From: Caldisericia bacterium
GTDB lineage: Bacteria; Caldisericota; Caldisericia; UBA6126
Length of the DNA: 64,000 nucleotides
Assembly (NCBI GenBank): GCA_028700655.1
Contig: JAQVSG010000002.1
Span: forward strand, 57,844 to 121,843
Direction of reading: 5' to 3'
Under the pieces are notes generated by a model. It was not told the origin of the DNA, made no database searches, and saw only the letters and a program-made list of their open reading frames with translations. The position numbers and the translations under genes are program-made. This document shows, in pieces, positions 29,334 through 38,635 of the stretch (its first letter is position 1; each line of letters opens with the position of its first letter).

Positions 29334-29890
29334 GAAAAGAAATCCGATATTCAGGTTCTGGTGGCCAAGGCCTAATTACAGCTACTCGTGTTATTGCAAG
29401 AGCTGCACTTAGAGAAAACAAAAATGCTTTACAATCGCAGTCTTATGGAGCTGAAGCACGGGGTGGAGCAACAAAAAGTGAAGTCATTATTAGCGATAAA
29501 GAAATATTTTTCCCCGAAGTTGAAATTCCTGATATTCTATTGCTAATGACACAAGAAGCCTATACAAAATATGGGACTTCTATTAAGGAAAATGGGATTC
29601 GTATTTTGGATAGTTTTTTTATTCCTGACTACGAGCCTATTTCCAAGGCTGTTACTCACACCGAGCCATTTACTGCTATTTGCGAGGAAGAATTTGGGAC
29701 ACGTATCGTGGCTAACATGATGGCTACAGGGTATATGTTGGGCATAACAAAGGTAATCGAAATTTCAACATTTACACAAGCAATTGGGGATTTTTTCTCT
29801 GATAATAAGTTAACTCTCAATATAAAAGCAGCTAAATTTGGATATGAAATGACAAAAAAAGGAAAAGAAGAGGAAACAGATCAGGACTAA
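29330..29890 (+). CDS. korG: 2-oxoacid:ferredoxin oxidoreductase gamma subunit
   Basis: 186 aa. GSGGQG motif of Por/Kor gamma subunits. 4-nt overlap with korB. Substrate specificity (2-oxoglutarate vs pyruvate/ketoisovalerate) cannot be assigned from sequence alone. Confidence 0.75.
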   Translation: MRKEIRYSGSGGQGLITATRVIARAALRENKNALQSQSYGAEARGGATKSEVIISDKEIFFPEVEIPDILLLMTQEAYTKYGTSIKENGIRILDSFFIPDYEPISKAVTHTEPFTAICEEEFGTRIVANMMATGYMLGITKVIEISTFTQAIGDFFSDNKLTLNIKAAKFGYEMTKKGKEEETDQD

Positions 29891-29997
29891 AAAACTGAAT
29901 TGCCAGTATATCTTTCTTCTTCATTTTACAGCTTTTTTTGATCACATTTAAATGTCCGTAAACACAACATAACGGACATATCATCCTTCTCAATGGT

Positions 29998-30660
29998 TTA
30001 TTTATGACCGTAAATTAGCTTTTGGCTTACACTTTGGATTTCTCTTCGAAGATTGTAATCATTTTGTATCATTTTATAAATGCACACAATATCAAATCGA
30101 GCATCATGGTACCCGATTGAGGAGCTCTGAAACAACTCTTTGCATGTTTTCAAAGCGTCTTCTTCGTCAATTTTTAAGAACTGCATAGTTTCCGATACTT
30201 TTGGCCATTTATAGTCATCATACAAGCCTGGTAAACGGATTATGTTTGTGTAATACTTCATTGTGCACCAATAAGGAATCGCTTTCTGTTGAAGAAAAAA
30301 ATGTCTCATAAAGCGAATATCAAAACCTGCATTGTGAGCAATAGATAAAAGATACTTTGTAGAAAAATCGTGCTGAATTTCATGGACATAGAATGAGTAG
30401 GGCTTTGCTCCAAGTTGAATTAATTTTGCTTTCGTTAATCCGTGTATTTTTATTGCAGCTTCAGGAACTTCCTCTTGAACTTCAAAATAAAAATTTTTAG
30501 CGTTGGTAATTTGTAAATTCTGGTTGAGGAGAATATACGCCAATTGGATAGGTTTATCTTTTGGCGGATGCAAACCTGTTGTTTCGAAATCAAACAATGC
30601 ATAATAAGAGGGTTCAAATAGTCCAATAACAGAATCATCCACCAAACGTTTATTTTTCAC
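29998..30660 (-). CDS. stand-alone DEDDh 3'-5' exonuclease (DnaQ/epsilon-like)
   Basis: 220 aa. Exo I FDFETTGL, Exo II HNAGFDIRFM, Exo III YHDARFD (H-x4-D). No polymerase or helicase domain attached. Confidence 0.8.
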   Translation of the reverse strand: MKNKRLVDDSVIGLFEPSYYALFDFETTGLHPPKDKPIQLAYILLNQNLQITNAKNFYFEVQEEVPEAAIKIHGLTKAKLIQLGAKPYSFYVHEIQHDFSTKYLLSIAHNAGFDIRFMRHFFLQQKAIPYWCTMKYYTNIIRLPGLYDDYKWPKVSETMQFLKIDEEDALKTCKELFQSSSIGYHDARFDIVCIYKMIQNDYNLRREIQSVSQKLIYGHK

Positions 30661-30696
30661 GACACCCCTCCCCGAAATACCAAGAATATCGCCATA

Positions 30697-30733
30697 AAAA
30701 AAACCCCTTCCATTCTCTAGAAGGGGTTTTTCT
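30697..30733 (-). terminator. Rho-independent terminator downstream of the ATPase gene (also readable on +)
   Basis: Inverted repeat AAACCCCTTC / GAAGGGGTTT around a 9-nt loop at 30701-30729. It is followed by T8 on the - strand and T5 on the + strand. Confidence 0.6.
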
Positions 30734-30743
30734 GAAGCTTGAT

Positions 30744-32096
30744 TTAAATGATTTCAACCAACTCTTCTAGTGTTATTAATTGTACATTCTTTCTGTTTCC
30801 GACAATTCTTCGCAGATCAGGTGTAAATCCTTTTTTGCTGATAAAATAATAATGCTTTTGTCGAAGCTTGGACTTAAAAGGAACAACCTGAGTGCTTTCT
30901 ACAAAGTTTCTGTACATTTGTTTTGTGTAGAGTGTTTCGTCTATAAAAATATCACCAAATATCGCCTTCTTATAGTCGGTACTCATAATATCAACACTAT
31001 GTGTTTCATAGTCCCACCACGGAGAAGTTAATAATGGCACAAAGGGGTCTGTAAGACTAGATAACCACTGCTTTGATATTTCTACAACAATATGATCAAT
31101 AAAGGTGTTGTAATCTTCTTTAAGATGTTTCACGATAATATCTGGGTTCAACATATGAAGTGCTTCTGGATCGAAATAGACGTAACGGAACCAGAAATAC
31201 AAAAACATATCGCTAATCATGTACTTACTCTTTCGAGTGACTTTAGGATTTGTACTATTTCCCGGAACCACACGACCAATGAGTTTCATTTCGCGTAGAC
31301 GGTCAACAAAGGATGTTAAATTATGGGTTTGTAGGTTGAGTTGATGGGAAAGATCGCCGATTTTAAGTTCATGATATGCCAATACTTGTAAAACAGAATA
31401 ATAAGTGGATGGTTCGTGAAATTCGTAGCGTAATACGGAACAAGGATCATAATAGGGGAGTCTAGTTGGAGAAATAAAGTTCTCCTTTACGTTGTCAAAC
31501 AAGTCAAGATTAGGGTCAATCCATTCCATATACCTAGCAACACCACCAGTAATACCATAAAGTTCAATCTGTCGCATAGGATCCATGTCTTTATAGTAAT
31601 CGCGAAACTCTTTAAATGACAAGGGTTTTAATTCAATTTGATGAAAACGATCTTGGGTAAAACCTTCAAATCGGAAACTTATAAAATTGGCTTGAGGATA
31701 GGAGGAAGTAATAAAAATAGTAAAAGGTGCATTAACAGAATGCCTCTCCATAGGAATCAAAATGTCCTGAGTAATTTTGTATAAGAAATGAAAATCATCC
31801 CAAACAACAATGAAGTTTTCTTTTTTTGCTAAGCTGTAAAGATTGGTAAGAAAATCTTTCCAAGTAATATCGGATTCAAAGTCTGGATATTGTCTTCGCA
31901 CAACACGGATGAAACGTCGTATTTGTACAGGAGGATGTTGGGATAAACATTTAAAATAGAAACCCTTCTTGTCTTTCAAGAAATTACGGACTAAGTAGGT
32001 TTTTCCACCACCTGCTGTACCGTGTAATAAGATCATCTTGTAATTATGATCTTCATACACCTTCTGAAGGTAATCGAACACTTTCTTGTGAATCAT
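30744..32096 (-). CDS. COG1672-type AAA+ ATPase (Arch_ATPase/ATPase_2 domain) with C-terminal DUF234-like domain
   Basis: 450 aa. Walker A LHGTAGGGKTYL. Walker B IVVWDDFHF. C-terminal ~100 aa (…SPWWDYETHSVDIMSTDYKKAIFGDIFIDETLY…) matches the DUF234 module that habitually follows this ATPase. Confidence 0.75.
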   Translation of the reverse strand: MIHKKVFDYLQKVYEDHNYKMILLHGTAGGGKTYLVRNFLKDKKGFYFKCLSQHPPVQIRRFIRVVRRQYPDFESDITWKDFLTNLYSLAKKENFIVVWDDFHFLYKITQDILIPMERHSVNAPFTIFITSSYPQANFISFRFEGFTQDRFHQIELKPLSFKEFRDYYKDMDPMRQIELYGITGGVARYMEWIDPNLDLFDNVKENFISPTRLPYYDPCSVLRYEFHEPSTYYSVLQVLAYHELKIGDLSHQLNLQTHNLTSFVDRLREMKLIGRVVPGNSTNPKVTRKSKYMISDMFLYFWFRYVYFDPEALHMLNPDIIVKHLKEDYNTFIDHIVVEISKQWLSSLTDPFVPLLTSPWWDYETHSVDIMSTDYKKAIFGDIFIDETLYTKQMYRNFVESTQVVPFKSKLRQKHYYFISKKGFTPDLRRIVGNRKNVQLITLEELVEII

Positions 32097-32192
32097 GATG
32101 ATACTCCTTATTAATAATATGAGTTTTATTTTTTATGATTGTAAACAAAAATTGGAAAATTGGAAATCACAAACAAAAAAAATGAAACTTTT

Positions 32193-33905
32193 TTACATTT
32201 TAGCGTACTTATATGAACGGAGATTCTTTTTAACCTGCCTTGAATCTCCGTTCAATTCTATTGCAAGATCAGGTATAGAAACAACTTCCAGCTCATAACC
32301 ATTCTCGCCGGATACCAAAAATAAAAGTGTATCCGATTTTGAGTTTACAAAAAAAACAAGAGAGGTTGCAAGATTCGGTTGTGAATCGGTAAGATAACCA
32401 GCATATTGAATGCCGAAAGAATCGGGTTGAAAAAATAACCAATAGGGAGTTTCCTGAATATTCATGCGAATAATAACATGTTTTTCGGTCGCATAAATCA
32501 TAGAAATGGGAGCGTCTGGTATTTTAAATGTTGGCGGTAGGTTCCAGTTTTGCTGGGGTATACCGGTATCAAGGTTTAAAAATTCAATGTGAATCTCCTG
32601 GTTTTGGGATTCTAATAGTCGGATCTGAAAAGTGTCCTGCCATACGCTACTTATTTGTGAAAATTCAGATTGATGGAACCAAAGGATGGTACCCGTTTTT
32701 ACCTCTACACAAAGAACGGTGGAATAGGATATTTCTATGAGTACTTTTTGGGGAGAGTTCTTGAAAGCAGTGTATTGACATTCAACACCGTATTGTTGCG
32801 CAAAATCTCCTAATACTTGATGAAAAGGTGTTTCCCACAGGATGCTACCGGTTTCTTTATCATACGCAATGAAGAAATACTCTGAACCTTTTCTATAACT
32901 ACACAAAATGGAAGATGGTGTTTCGAAATACGAATTGTGAAAACGAACTTCTTGTAGAGAATTAAGACGGTACTCTGTAAGAATTTTCCCAGTCTCGGGT
33001 TCAATTCGGTACGCATAAGGTTCCCCATTCTCTTTCGTGGGGACAAAAATACTTGAATCGGAGAGGATTCGAAAATTACGGTAATACTCTTGTTGATAAG
33101 GTTCATCCGAAGTCTCAAGAACAGAATCATGTTGCCATATTTTTTCTCCCGTCGTAGGATGAATTCCTACAAGGGAGGTTCCTTTTGTAAATAGTAGCAC
33201 ATAGGGAGAAAACCCTAGAAAAGAATGAGACTTGTCTTGGAGAATCATGGACCAAAGAACATTTCCCGTTTTCGCATGAAGGCCTGTAATAGTAGCTTTT
33301 TGGAGAGAACTATCAAAAAGCATACGTGTTACATTTTCAGTATTAATGGCAAAATAATAATCATGACCGTAGGAGGCAATTTCATGTTTCCATAATTCCT
33401 CTGAAGTGGCCTTGGAAAGACAAAATACATGAGTCTTATCACGGCATAGAAAGTAATCCTCGGAAGCTTGTAAAAAGGCTCGATTGTATAGATATGACTG
33501 CTCTTTAACCATGTTTTCTTGAAGCAATGCAATTTTTGTAAACCCTGCATCACCTGTACTCACAAATATTTCATTCTCATTCCAAACGCTGTTATGTCCT
33601 GGTGGTCCCATTGTGGCTGGATAGGTACGAAGAGTATTTCGCAACAAGACAGGACCCTGCAGAGGGAAAAGAGCCGTACTCTTTGTTGTTTCTATTGTTA
33701 CTTCTTTGTCTTTGAAGTCATTGTCTGCTGGTTTTTCCACCGGGTCATCAAGAGAAGTCCTTCTGTCATTATCTGTAGTTGAATCTATAGGGGAGGATTC
33801 AGTATGTGAGTTTTCTTTTTTGCACGAAACAAGTCCAAAAGAAGCAAAAAAGAATGCTACAACAAGAATAAAAACAAAAACTTGACGTTTTTCATGGAAT
33901 ATCAT
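32193..33905 (-). CDS. PQQ-like beta-propeller lipoprotein (BamB-like repeat protein)
   Basis: ~570 aa. Lipobox LVSC, an acidic linker, then repeated W/Y-rich blades (…GEKIWQHDS…, …TGNVLWSM…, …TGSILWETP…, …TGTILWFHQ…). ATG 33905 is preferred because of an AGGAGA RBS. Confidence 0.65.
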   Translation of the reverse strand: MIFHEKRQVFVFILVVAFFFASFGLVSCKKENSHTESSPIDSTTDNDRRTSLDDPVEKPADNDFKDKEVTIETTKSTALFPLQGPVLLRNTLRTYPATMGPPGHNSVWNENEIFVSTGDAGFTKIALLQENMVKEQSYLYNRAFLQASEDYFLCRDKTHVFCLSKATSEELWKHEIASYGHDYYFAINTENVTRMLFDSSLQKATITGLHAKTGNVLWSMILQDKSHSFLGFSPYVLLFTKGTSLVGIHPTTGEKIWQHDSVLETSDEPYQQEYYRNFRILSDSSIFVPTKENGEPYAYRIEPETGKILTEYRLNSLQEVRFHNSYFETPSSILCSYRKGSEYFFIAYDKETGSILWETPFHQVLGDFAQQYGVECQYTAFKNSPQKVLIEISYSTVLCVEVKTGTILWFHQSEFSQISSVWQDTFQIRLLESQNQEIHIEFLNLDTGIPQQNWNLPPTFKIPDAPISMIYATEKHVIIRMNIQETPYWLFFQPDSFGIQYAGYLTDSQPNLATSLVFFVNSKSDTLLFLVSGENGYELEVVSIPDLAIELNGDSRQVKKNLRSYKYAKM

Positions 33906-33929
33906 CCAATCTCCTATCAACACCCTTTC

Positions 33930-34439
33930 CTATTCTTCATTGGTAGGGGGAGTAAATGTACGAGAACTAAGCTCTCTATCGATCATTAACAATCCTTTTC
34001 CGTCATTTTCTATCATTTCAAGTTCTTGTACAATTTTACTGACGTTATCCTCTTCTTCGACTTGTTCATCAACAAACCAATTTAAAAAGGTTTTGCTGGG
34101 ATAATCTTTTTCTTCCTCAGCAACAGATACTAAATTGTGAATGCAAGAAGTAATATGTTTCTCGTGTTCTAAGGAAGCTTTAAATGCATCCAGAGGATTT
34201 TTCCATTCAAACGCTGGTTCTTTTATGGCCGTCAAACGAATTCTTCCCCCTCTTTGAACAATGTGAGAAAAAAACTTTTCAGCATGAAACAATTCTTCTT
34301 CAGCTTGTACTTTCATCCAATTTGAAAATCCTGAAAGCCCTATGCTTTCGAAATACGCTCTAATTGCCTGGTATAAATAGGCAGAATAAAGCTCTTCGTT
34401 AATTTGTTGGTTGAGTACTTCTTCAATTCTTTTTTTCAT
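33930..34439 (-). CDS. ftn: non-haem ferritin (Ftn)
   Basis: 169 aa. Ferroxidase-centre residues in ELYSAYLY…EEELFHAEKF…LEHEKHIT. Four-helix-bundle ferritin architecture. Confidence 0.85.
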   Translation of the reverse strand: MKKRIEEVLNQQINEELYSAYLYQAIRAYFESIGLSGFSNWMKVQAEEELFHAEKFFSHIVQRGGRIRLTAIKEPAFEWKNPLDAFKASLEHEKHITSCIHNLVSVAEEEKDYPSKTFLNWFVDEQVEEEDNVSKIVQELEMIENDGKGLLMIDRELSSRTFTPPTNEE

Positions 34440-34466
34440 ATCGCAATCCTTTCAATAATCAAAATC

Positions 34467-34859
34467 TTAAGACGGATTTACATCCGTTTTCCAAAGTCCA
34501 TGAATATTACAAAAGGCAAATACAACACCTTTTTGTGGGGGGATTTCAAAGGTTGCTTCTGCAACATCCTGATCAATAACTTCTTTCCGAATTACAAAAT
34601 CATCTTTTCTTCGAAATTCAATCCACTCAATATGATGCTTTTCTTCCATAGGATGTGGTACTTCGCCAATTTTAACTACTATTTTGTCGGGATGAAACTC
34701 GACAACGGGTTTGTGTTTTTCGTTTCCTTTGTCTTCCGTTTGAGGGAATCTTTCAACCATAGGTTTACCACAACAAATCAGAGGTGCAATTCCACCTCGT
34801 AATGTCTCTACGACATTACCGCACACTTCACACTCATAAATACTGTCTTTAGTAGCCAT
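34467..34859 (-). CDS. dfx: desulfoferrodoxin (2Fe superoxide reductase)
   Basis: N-terminal desulforedoxin Cys4 (CEVCGNVV…CCG), and a C-terminal neelaredoxin centre (H…H…CNIHG). ATG at 34859 with a GGAGG RBS; the ORF-track TTG at 34871 lacks an RBS. Confidence 0.85.
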   Translation of the reverse strand: MATKDSIYECEVCGNVVETLRGGIAPLICCGKPMVERFPQTEDKGNEKHKPVVEFHPDKIVVKIGEVPHPMEEKHHIEWIEFRRKDDFVIRKEVIDQDVAEATFEIPPQKGVVFAFCNIHGLWKTDVNPS

Positions 34860-34871
34860 ATTAGCCTCCAA

Positions 34872-35294
34872 TCATGATAGTAAATTCCGAATAAACAATT
34901 CTGCACGATGAATAACAAAACGATCATTCCCATGTTTTAAGTAATTTCGAGCTTCAGTTTCGGGCAACCACTTTGAATGATCATGTTCATTGCAGATAAA
35001 ACGAACATTCTGCTCGTGTGTAGTACCAAGGAAAAAAACAACATCTTTTACACAATCGGGAAAAGGACAATAGCATATCGTTTCTCTAAAACCAGGTATA
35101 AAACGAATATCTTGAAAGCCAACTTCTTCATATATTTCGCGTCTAGCGGTTTGAATTTCACTTTCTTGGTTTTCAACATGTCCCTTAATCAAACCCCAAT
35201 ACCGAGAATGAAGCCGGTAACGCACAATCAAATATAATATTCGTTTATGCTCATGACGATAAATAATAGTGCCACAAGATTTTTCAAATCTCAT
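34872..35294 (-). CDS. Nudix hydrolase
   Basis: 140 aa. Nudix box GLIKGHVENQESEIQTARREIYEEVGF (Gx5Ex7REUxEExGU). Confidence 0.8.
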   Translation of the reverse strand: MRFEKSCGTIIYRHEHKRILYLIVRYRLHSRYWGLIKGHVENQESEIQTARREIYEEVGFQDIRFIPGFRETICYCPFPDCVKDVVFFLGTTHEQNVRFICNEHDHSKWLPETEARNYLKHGNDRFVIHRAELFIRNLLS

Positions 35295-35341
35295 AAATAT
35301 ATTGTATATTTAATTCCATAAAAATAAACCGATTGAGGTGA

Positions 35342-38300
35342 ATGATGAAAGCGTATTTTTTTAAATATATAGTTTTGGTAATTGTAACATGCCTTTTTCT
35401 AGTTCCCTCTTATGCATATAGTTATTCTAATCATACCAACATAGAAGTGAGGAAATTTCAGAATTTTCCGTCTATTTCGAAATCATCATTTTCTTCTTCC
35501 AAACGTGTTCGTGTTATTGTTAAATGCAAACTTCCCTCCGTTGTTGAGAAAAATAGCCATCAACCTCAATTTCATATGCAATCCCATAATATTATTGAAC
35601 AAGAGACTCTCTATAAGAATGTGTTGGTACAAAAACAAACACACATCCTACAATCTCTTCCCAGGACTGATTCTATCCAGATTCTTGGGCAATGGCAAAT
35701 CGTATACAATGGAATAGCCATGTCTCTTCCAGAATACACACTACCTTTTCTAGCAAAACATCCCGAAGTAGCTTCAATTTATCTAGATAACACCCTGTTC
35801 TACCCAGTTCGAGATATGACCGTAGAAACGATTCATCGTAATGAAGTACCTGCATTAGAGAAGTATCAAAACACCATAATAGAGCCAAATCCTGACATTC
35901 GCATTGGCATTGTTGATTCTGGCATTGATTACAATCATCCTGACTTTTATCCTTCTGGTTTTTCGGAGGCTCAATCAAAAGTTGCAGGCGGGTGGGACTG
36001 TTATTATCCCGAAGAAGATTTAGAAAAAGAGAAACCAGGAGATCCCGACCCTATCGATGATTCTACATTTACGGGTGGGCATGGTACTCATGTAGCCGGG
36101 ATTGCTGCTGGTAATAATTCTCAATCAACCTCTCTTCATGGAATCTGCCCAGATGCAACCTTATTTGCATACAAAGTGTTTCCTTCCCATAAAAACAGCG
36201 GTGCTCCCTCTTATACTCTTATAACTGCCTGTGAATACGCTGTTCAAGACCAATGCTCTGTTATCAACTTATCCTTAGGACATGGGGGTGAAAATCCATC
36301 GATCGTAGAAGACAATCCCTATTTTGAAGCATTCAGAATGACAAAAGAAAGCGGTGTCATGATCGTTGCTGCTGCAGGTAATGGCGGGAGTAGAACTCAG
36401 TATAACCAATGGCCCATCGATGCTCCTGGTGTTTTTGATTCCATATTGCAAGTAGCTGCATCCGATGATCGGTTATCGCAGCCTTTTACATTTCACACCC
36501 CCGTGTCTGAGAAGATGTTTTTAGGTCAAAATTCTCGTTTCTCTCCTCCCTTCAATGCTGAACTAGACGGTTTGGATATCGTATACTGCGGTTTTGGCTC
36601 GAAAGATGAGTGTAGCAAAACCGACTTGCAAGGTAAAATAGCATTCATACAAAGAGGCCCGAAAGAAAATGGTATTTCTTTCTTTGAGAAAAACTATAAC
36701 GCAAAAGAAGCTGGTGCTACAGCTTGCATTATTTTTAATTACGACGAGAGAAGCTTCAGTCCTTCTTTGGTATCCGAGGGAATAGAAGATCCCTATAGCT
36801 ACAATTTTATCCCTTGCATGATGGTTAGTGCTACCATGCAAAAACAACTCCAAGAAGTAGTCGATGGCTTTGGTTACCTTTCATTCCAATCCATTCAGCC
36901 TCTTATCGCGTCCTATAGTTCTGCAGGTCCATGTTATTCAGCAAATGATGGTTTTTTTAAACCAGAGATTACAGCCCCAGGAACTTCTCTTTATTCAGCA
37001 ATCCCTACATTTGATCCTGTTGAATCCTCTCCCCAATGGGGGAAAAAACAAGGTACATCTATGGCTACACCTGTAATTACAGGTTGTGCTGCTATTCTTC
37101 GCCATACATATCCATTTTTACACATTGATGAAATATCCGCACTAATGATGAACACGGCCACCATTTTAAAAAATCCATTGACAGGAGATGCTTTTTCTTA
37201 TTTCTATCAAGGTTCTGGCCAAATACATCTAAAAAACGCTATGATGTCGCCGTTGGTAGCTACACCTTCATCCATAGTACTACAAACAACCGATTTCGAT
37301 AGTCCTATCGAAATCCAGCTGAGAAATATAACAAACCAAGTTGTATCAGGCACAGTATCTACAGAGATTGTCTCTCATCATGATTATGCCGATGCGTATA
37401 TCGGGGTTTTTGACAAACCTTTTGTAACTATTGATCCACATTCTACCGAAACAGTAAAGTGCTGGTTATATCCTCAAAAAGCAGACATACCCGATATCAT
37501 CGAGGGTGCCATTTGGATACAAGTTCTACCTGATGAAAAAAAACCGGAACAAGATGTTAAACTCCACATCCCTTTTGTTGTATCCAAAAAAAGCATGACT
37601 TCTATTCATCTTCCGATATCAGAAGCCTCTCTTTCCGTGGATACTTTCCACATGAACAAGGACAATTATGGATTTTTATCGTTTCGTTTAAACACCGGCA
37701 CGATCTCTCGTTCAACATATATGACAGAAGAGGGTTCTATTCTTCGATCCATTGACAAAGTCCGGAATTATGCCGACCAAGTTTTTCTAACCATTCATGA
37801 TGAGTATGGTAATGCGATTGAATCTATTTTCTTTGGCGATTCTATTCCCGTTGGGCGTTATGATTTTTTCTGGAGTGGTTATGATTCTTACAAACAACCA
37901 TTTTTACCAGATGGTCGCTATTATTTCACTGTTTCCATACCTGGATATGAGGAGATCTACCTAACGACTGTACACGAAGACCAAAAAGAAACACATCGAA
38001 AGATTCGCGTGGACAACCACGCTTTTGAAAGCAATCCGATTCCTTTCGAAATCAAACATTCCAAACTTCCCCCGTTTCCTATAGTGGAAATATGTACACC
38101 TCAAAGAGTCCAGAGTGAGGATCATTTTGAGGTGGAAGTGAAATTACACAATGCATACCAAGGACTTTTTGATGTTACCATTGAGCTTGACCCAGCTTTT
38201 CAAATACTGTATATTTCTGAGAATAGTACAGGATCGTTGGAGATTCAAAAGAATACGAATAGAATTCGATGGATACATAAACAAACGGAGGAGTTTGTGC

Positions 38301-38635
38301 CTACAATCTCCTATATCCAATGTATCCTACGTTGCAGTCCTCCAAGTGAAAAGGAATATGTACCAACGTTTCAACTCTCAGGACTTGTTCCTTATTTCAC
38401 CCCAATGGATATACCAAAAACCTTGATCCATCCAACAATAGTATCCAAAGAACGAATCTTGTTAGGAGATTTTAATGCGAATGAAAACATTGACGATGAG
38501 GATCTAGAACTGTTACAAAGAAATTTTGGAAGAACATCCAAAGACTCTACTTGGAATCCTATCTTTGATTGTTTTCAAGATGGCGTTATTAACATAAAAG
38601 ATCTGTTTTTGATCGCAAAACAAAAAGATCTTTAG
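35342..38635 (+). CDS. secreted S8 subtilisin-family serine protease with inserted PA domain and C-terminal type-I dockerin-like module
   Basis: 1097 aa. Signal peptide. Catalytic D (DSGIDYNHPDF), H (HGTHVAGIAAG) and S (GTSMATPVITG). PA-domain insert (…CGFGSKDECSKTDLQGKIAFIQRG…). C-terminal Ca-binding repeats (GDFNANENIDDEDLELLQ… and FDCFQDGVINIKDLFLI…) resemble dockerin. Confidence 0.85.
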   Translation: MMKAYFFKYIVLVIVTCLFLVPSYAYSYSNHTNIEVRKFQNFPSISKSSFSSSKRVRVIVKCKLPSVVEKNSHQPQFHMQSHNIIEQETLYKNVLVQKQTHILQSLPRTDSIQILGQWQIVYNGIAMSLPEYTLPFLAKHPEVASIYLDNTLFYPVRDMTVETIHRNEVPALEKYQNTIIEPNPDIRIGIVDSGIDYNHPDFYPSGFSEAQSKVAGGWDCYYPEEDLEKEKPGDPDPIDDSTFTGGHGTHVAGIAAGNNSQSTSLHGICPDATLFAYKVFPSHKNSGAPSYTLITACEYAVQDQCSVINLSLGHGGENPSIVEDNPYFEAFRMTKESGVMIVAAAGNGGSRTQYNQWPIDAPGVFDSILQVAASDDRLSQPFTFHTPVSEKMFLGQNSRFSPPFNAELDGLDIVYCGFGSKDECSKTDLQGKIAFIQRGPKENGISFFEKNYNAKEAGATACIIFNYDERSFSPSLVSEGIEDPYSYNFIPCMMVSATMQKQLQEVVDGFGYLSFQSIQPLIASYSSAGPCYSANDGFFKPEITAPGTSLYSAIPTFDPVESSPQWGKKQGTSMATPVITGCAAILRHTYPFLHIDEISALMMNTATILKNPLTGDAFSYFYQGSGQIHLKNAMMSPLVATPSSIVLQTTDFDSPIEIQLRNITNQVVSGTVSTEIVSHHDYADAYIGVFDKPFVTIDPHSTETVKCWLYPQKADIPDIIEGAIWIQVLPDEKKPEQDVKLHIPFVVSKKSMTSIHLPISEASLSVDTFHMNKDNYGFLSFRLNTGTISRSTYMTEEGSILRSIDKVRNYADQVFLTIHDEYGNAIESIFFGDSIPVGRYDFFWSGYDSYKQPFLPDGRYYFTVSIPGYEEIYLTTVHEDQKETHRKIRVDNHAFESNPIPFEIKHSKLPPFPIVEICTPQRVQSEDHFEVEVKLHNAYQGLFDVTIELDPAFQILYISENSTGSLEIQKNTNRIRWIHKQTEEFVPTISYIQCILRCSPPSEKEYVPTFQLSGLVPYFTPMDIPKTLIHPTIVSKERILLGDFNANENIDDEDLELLQRNFGRTSKDSTWNPIFDCFQDGVINIKDLFLIAKQKDL

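Noticed and set aside
32097-32192. Short tandem 'AATTGGAAA ATTGGAAAT' in the ATPase/PQQ intergenic spacer as a possible repeat element.
   Set aside because: Only two imperfect 9-nt copies in an A-rich promoter region. That is too little for a meaningful repeat family.
35295-35311. Perfect palindrome AAATATA-TTG-TATATTT as a possible PerR/Fur-type operator of the nudix-dfx-ftn operon.
   Set aside because: Kept only as a low-weight note inside the operon finding. It directly abuts the start codon and is composed solely of A/T in a very AT-rich spacer, so chance occurrence is plausible.
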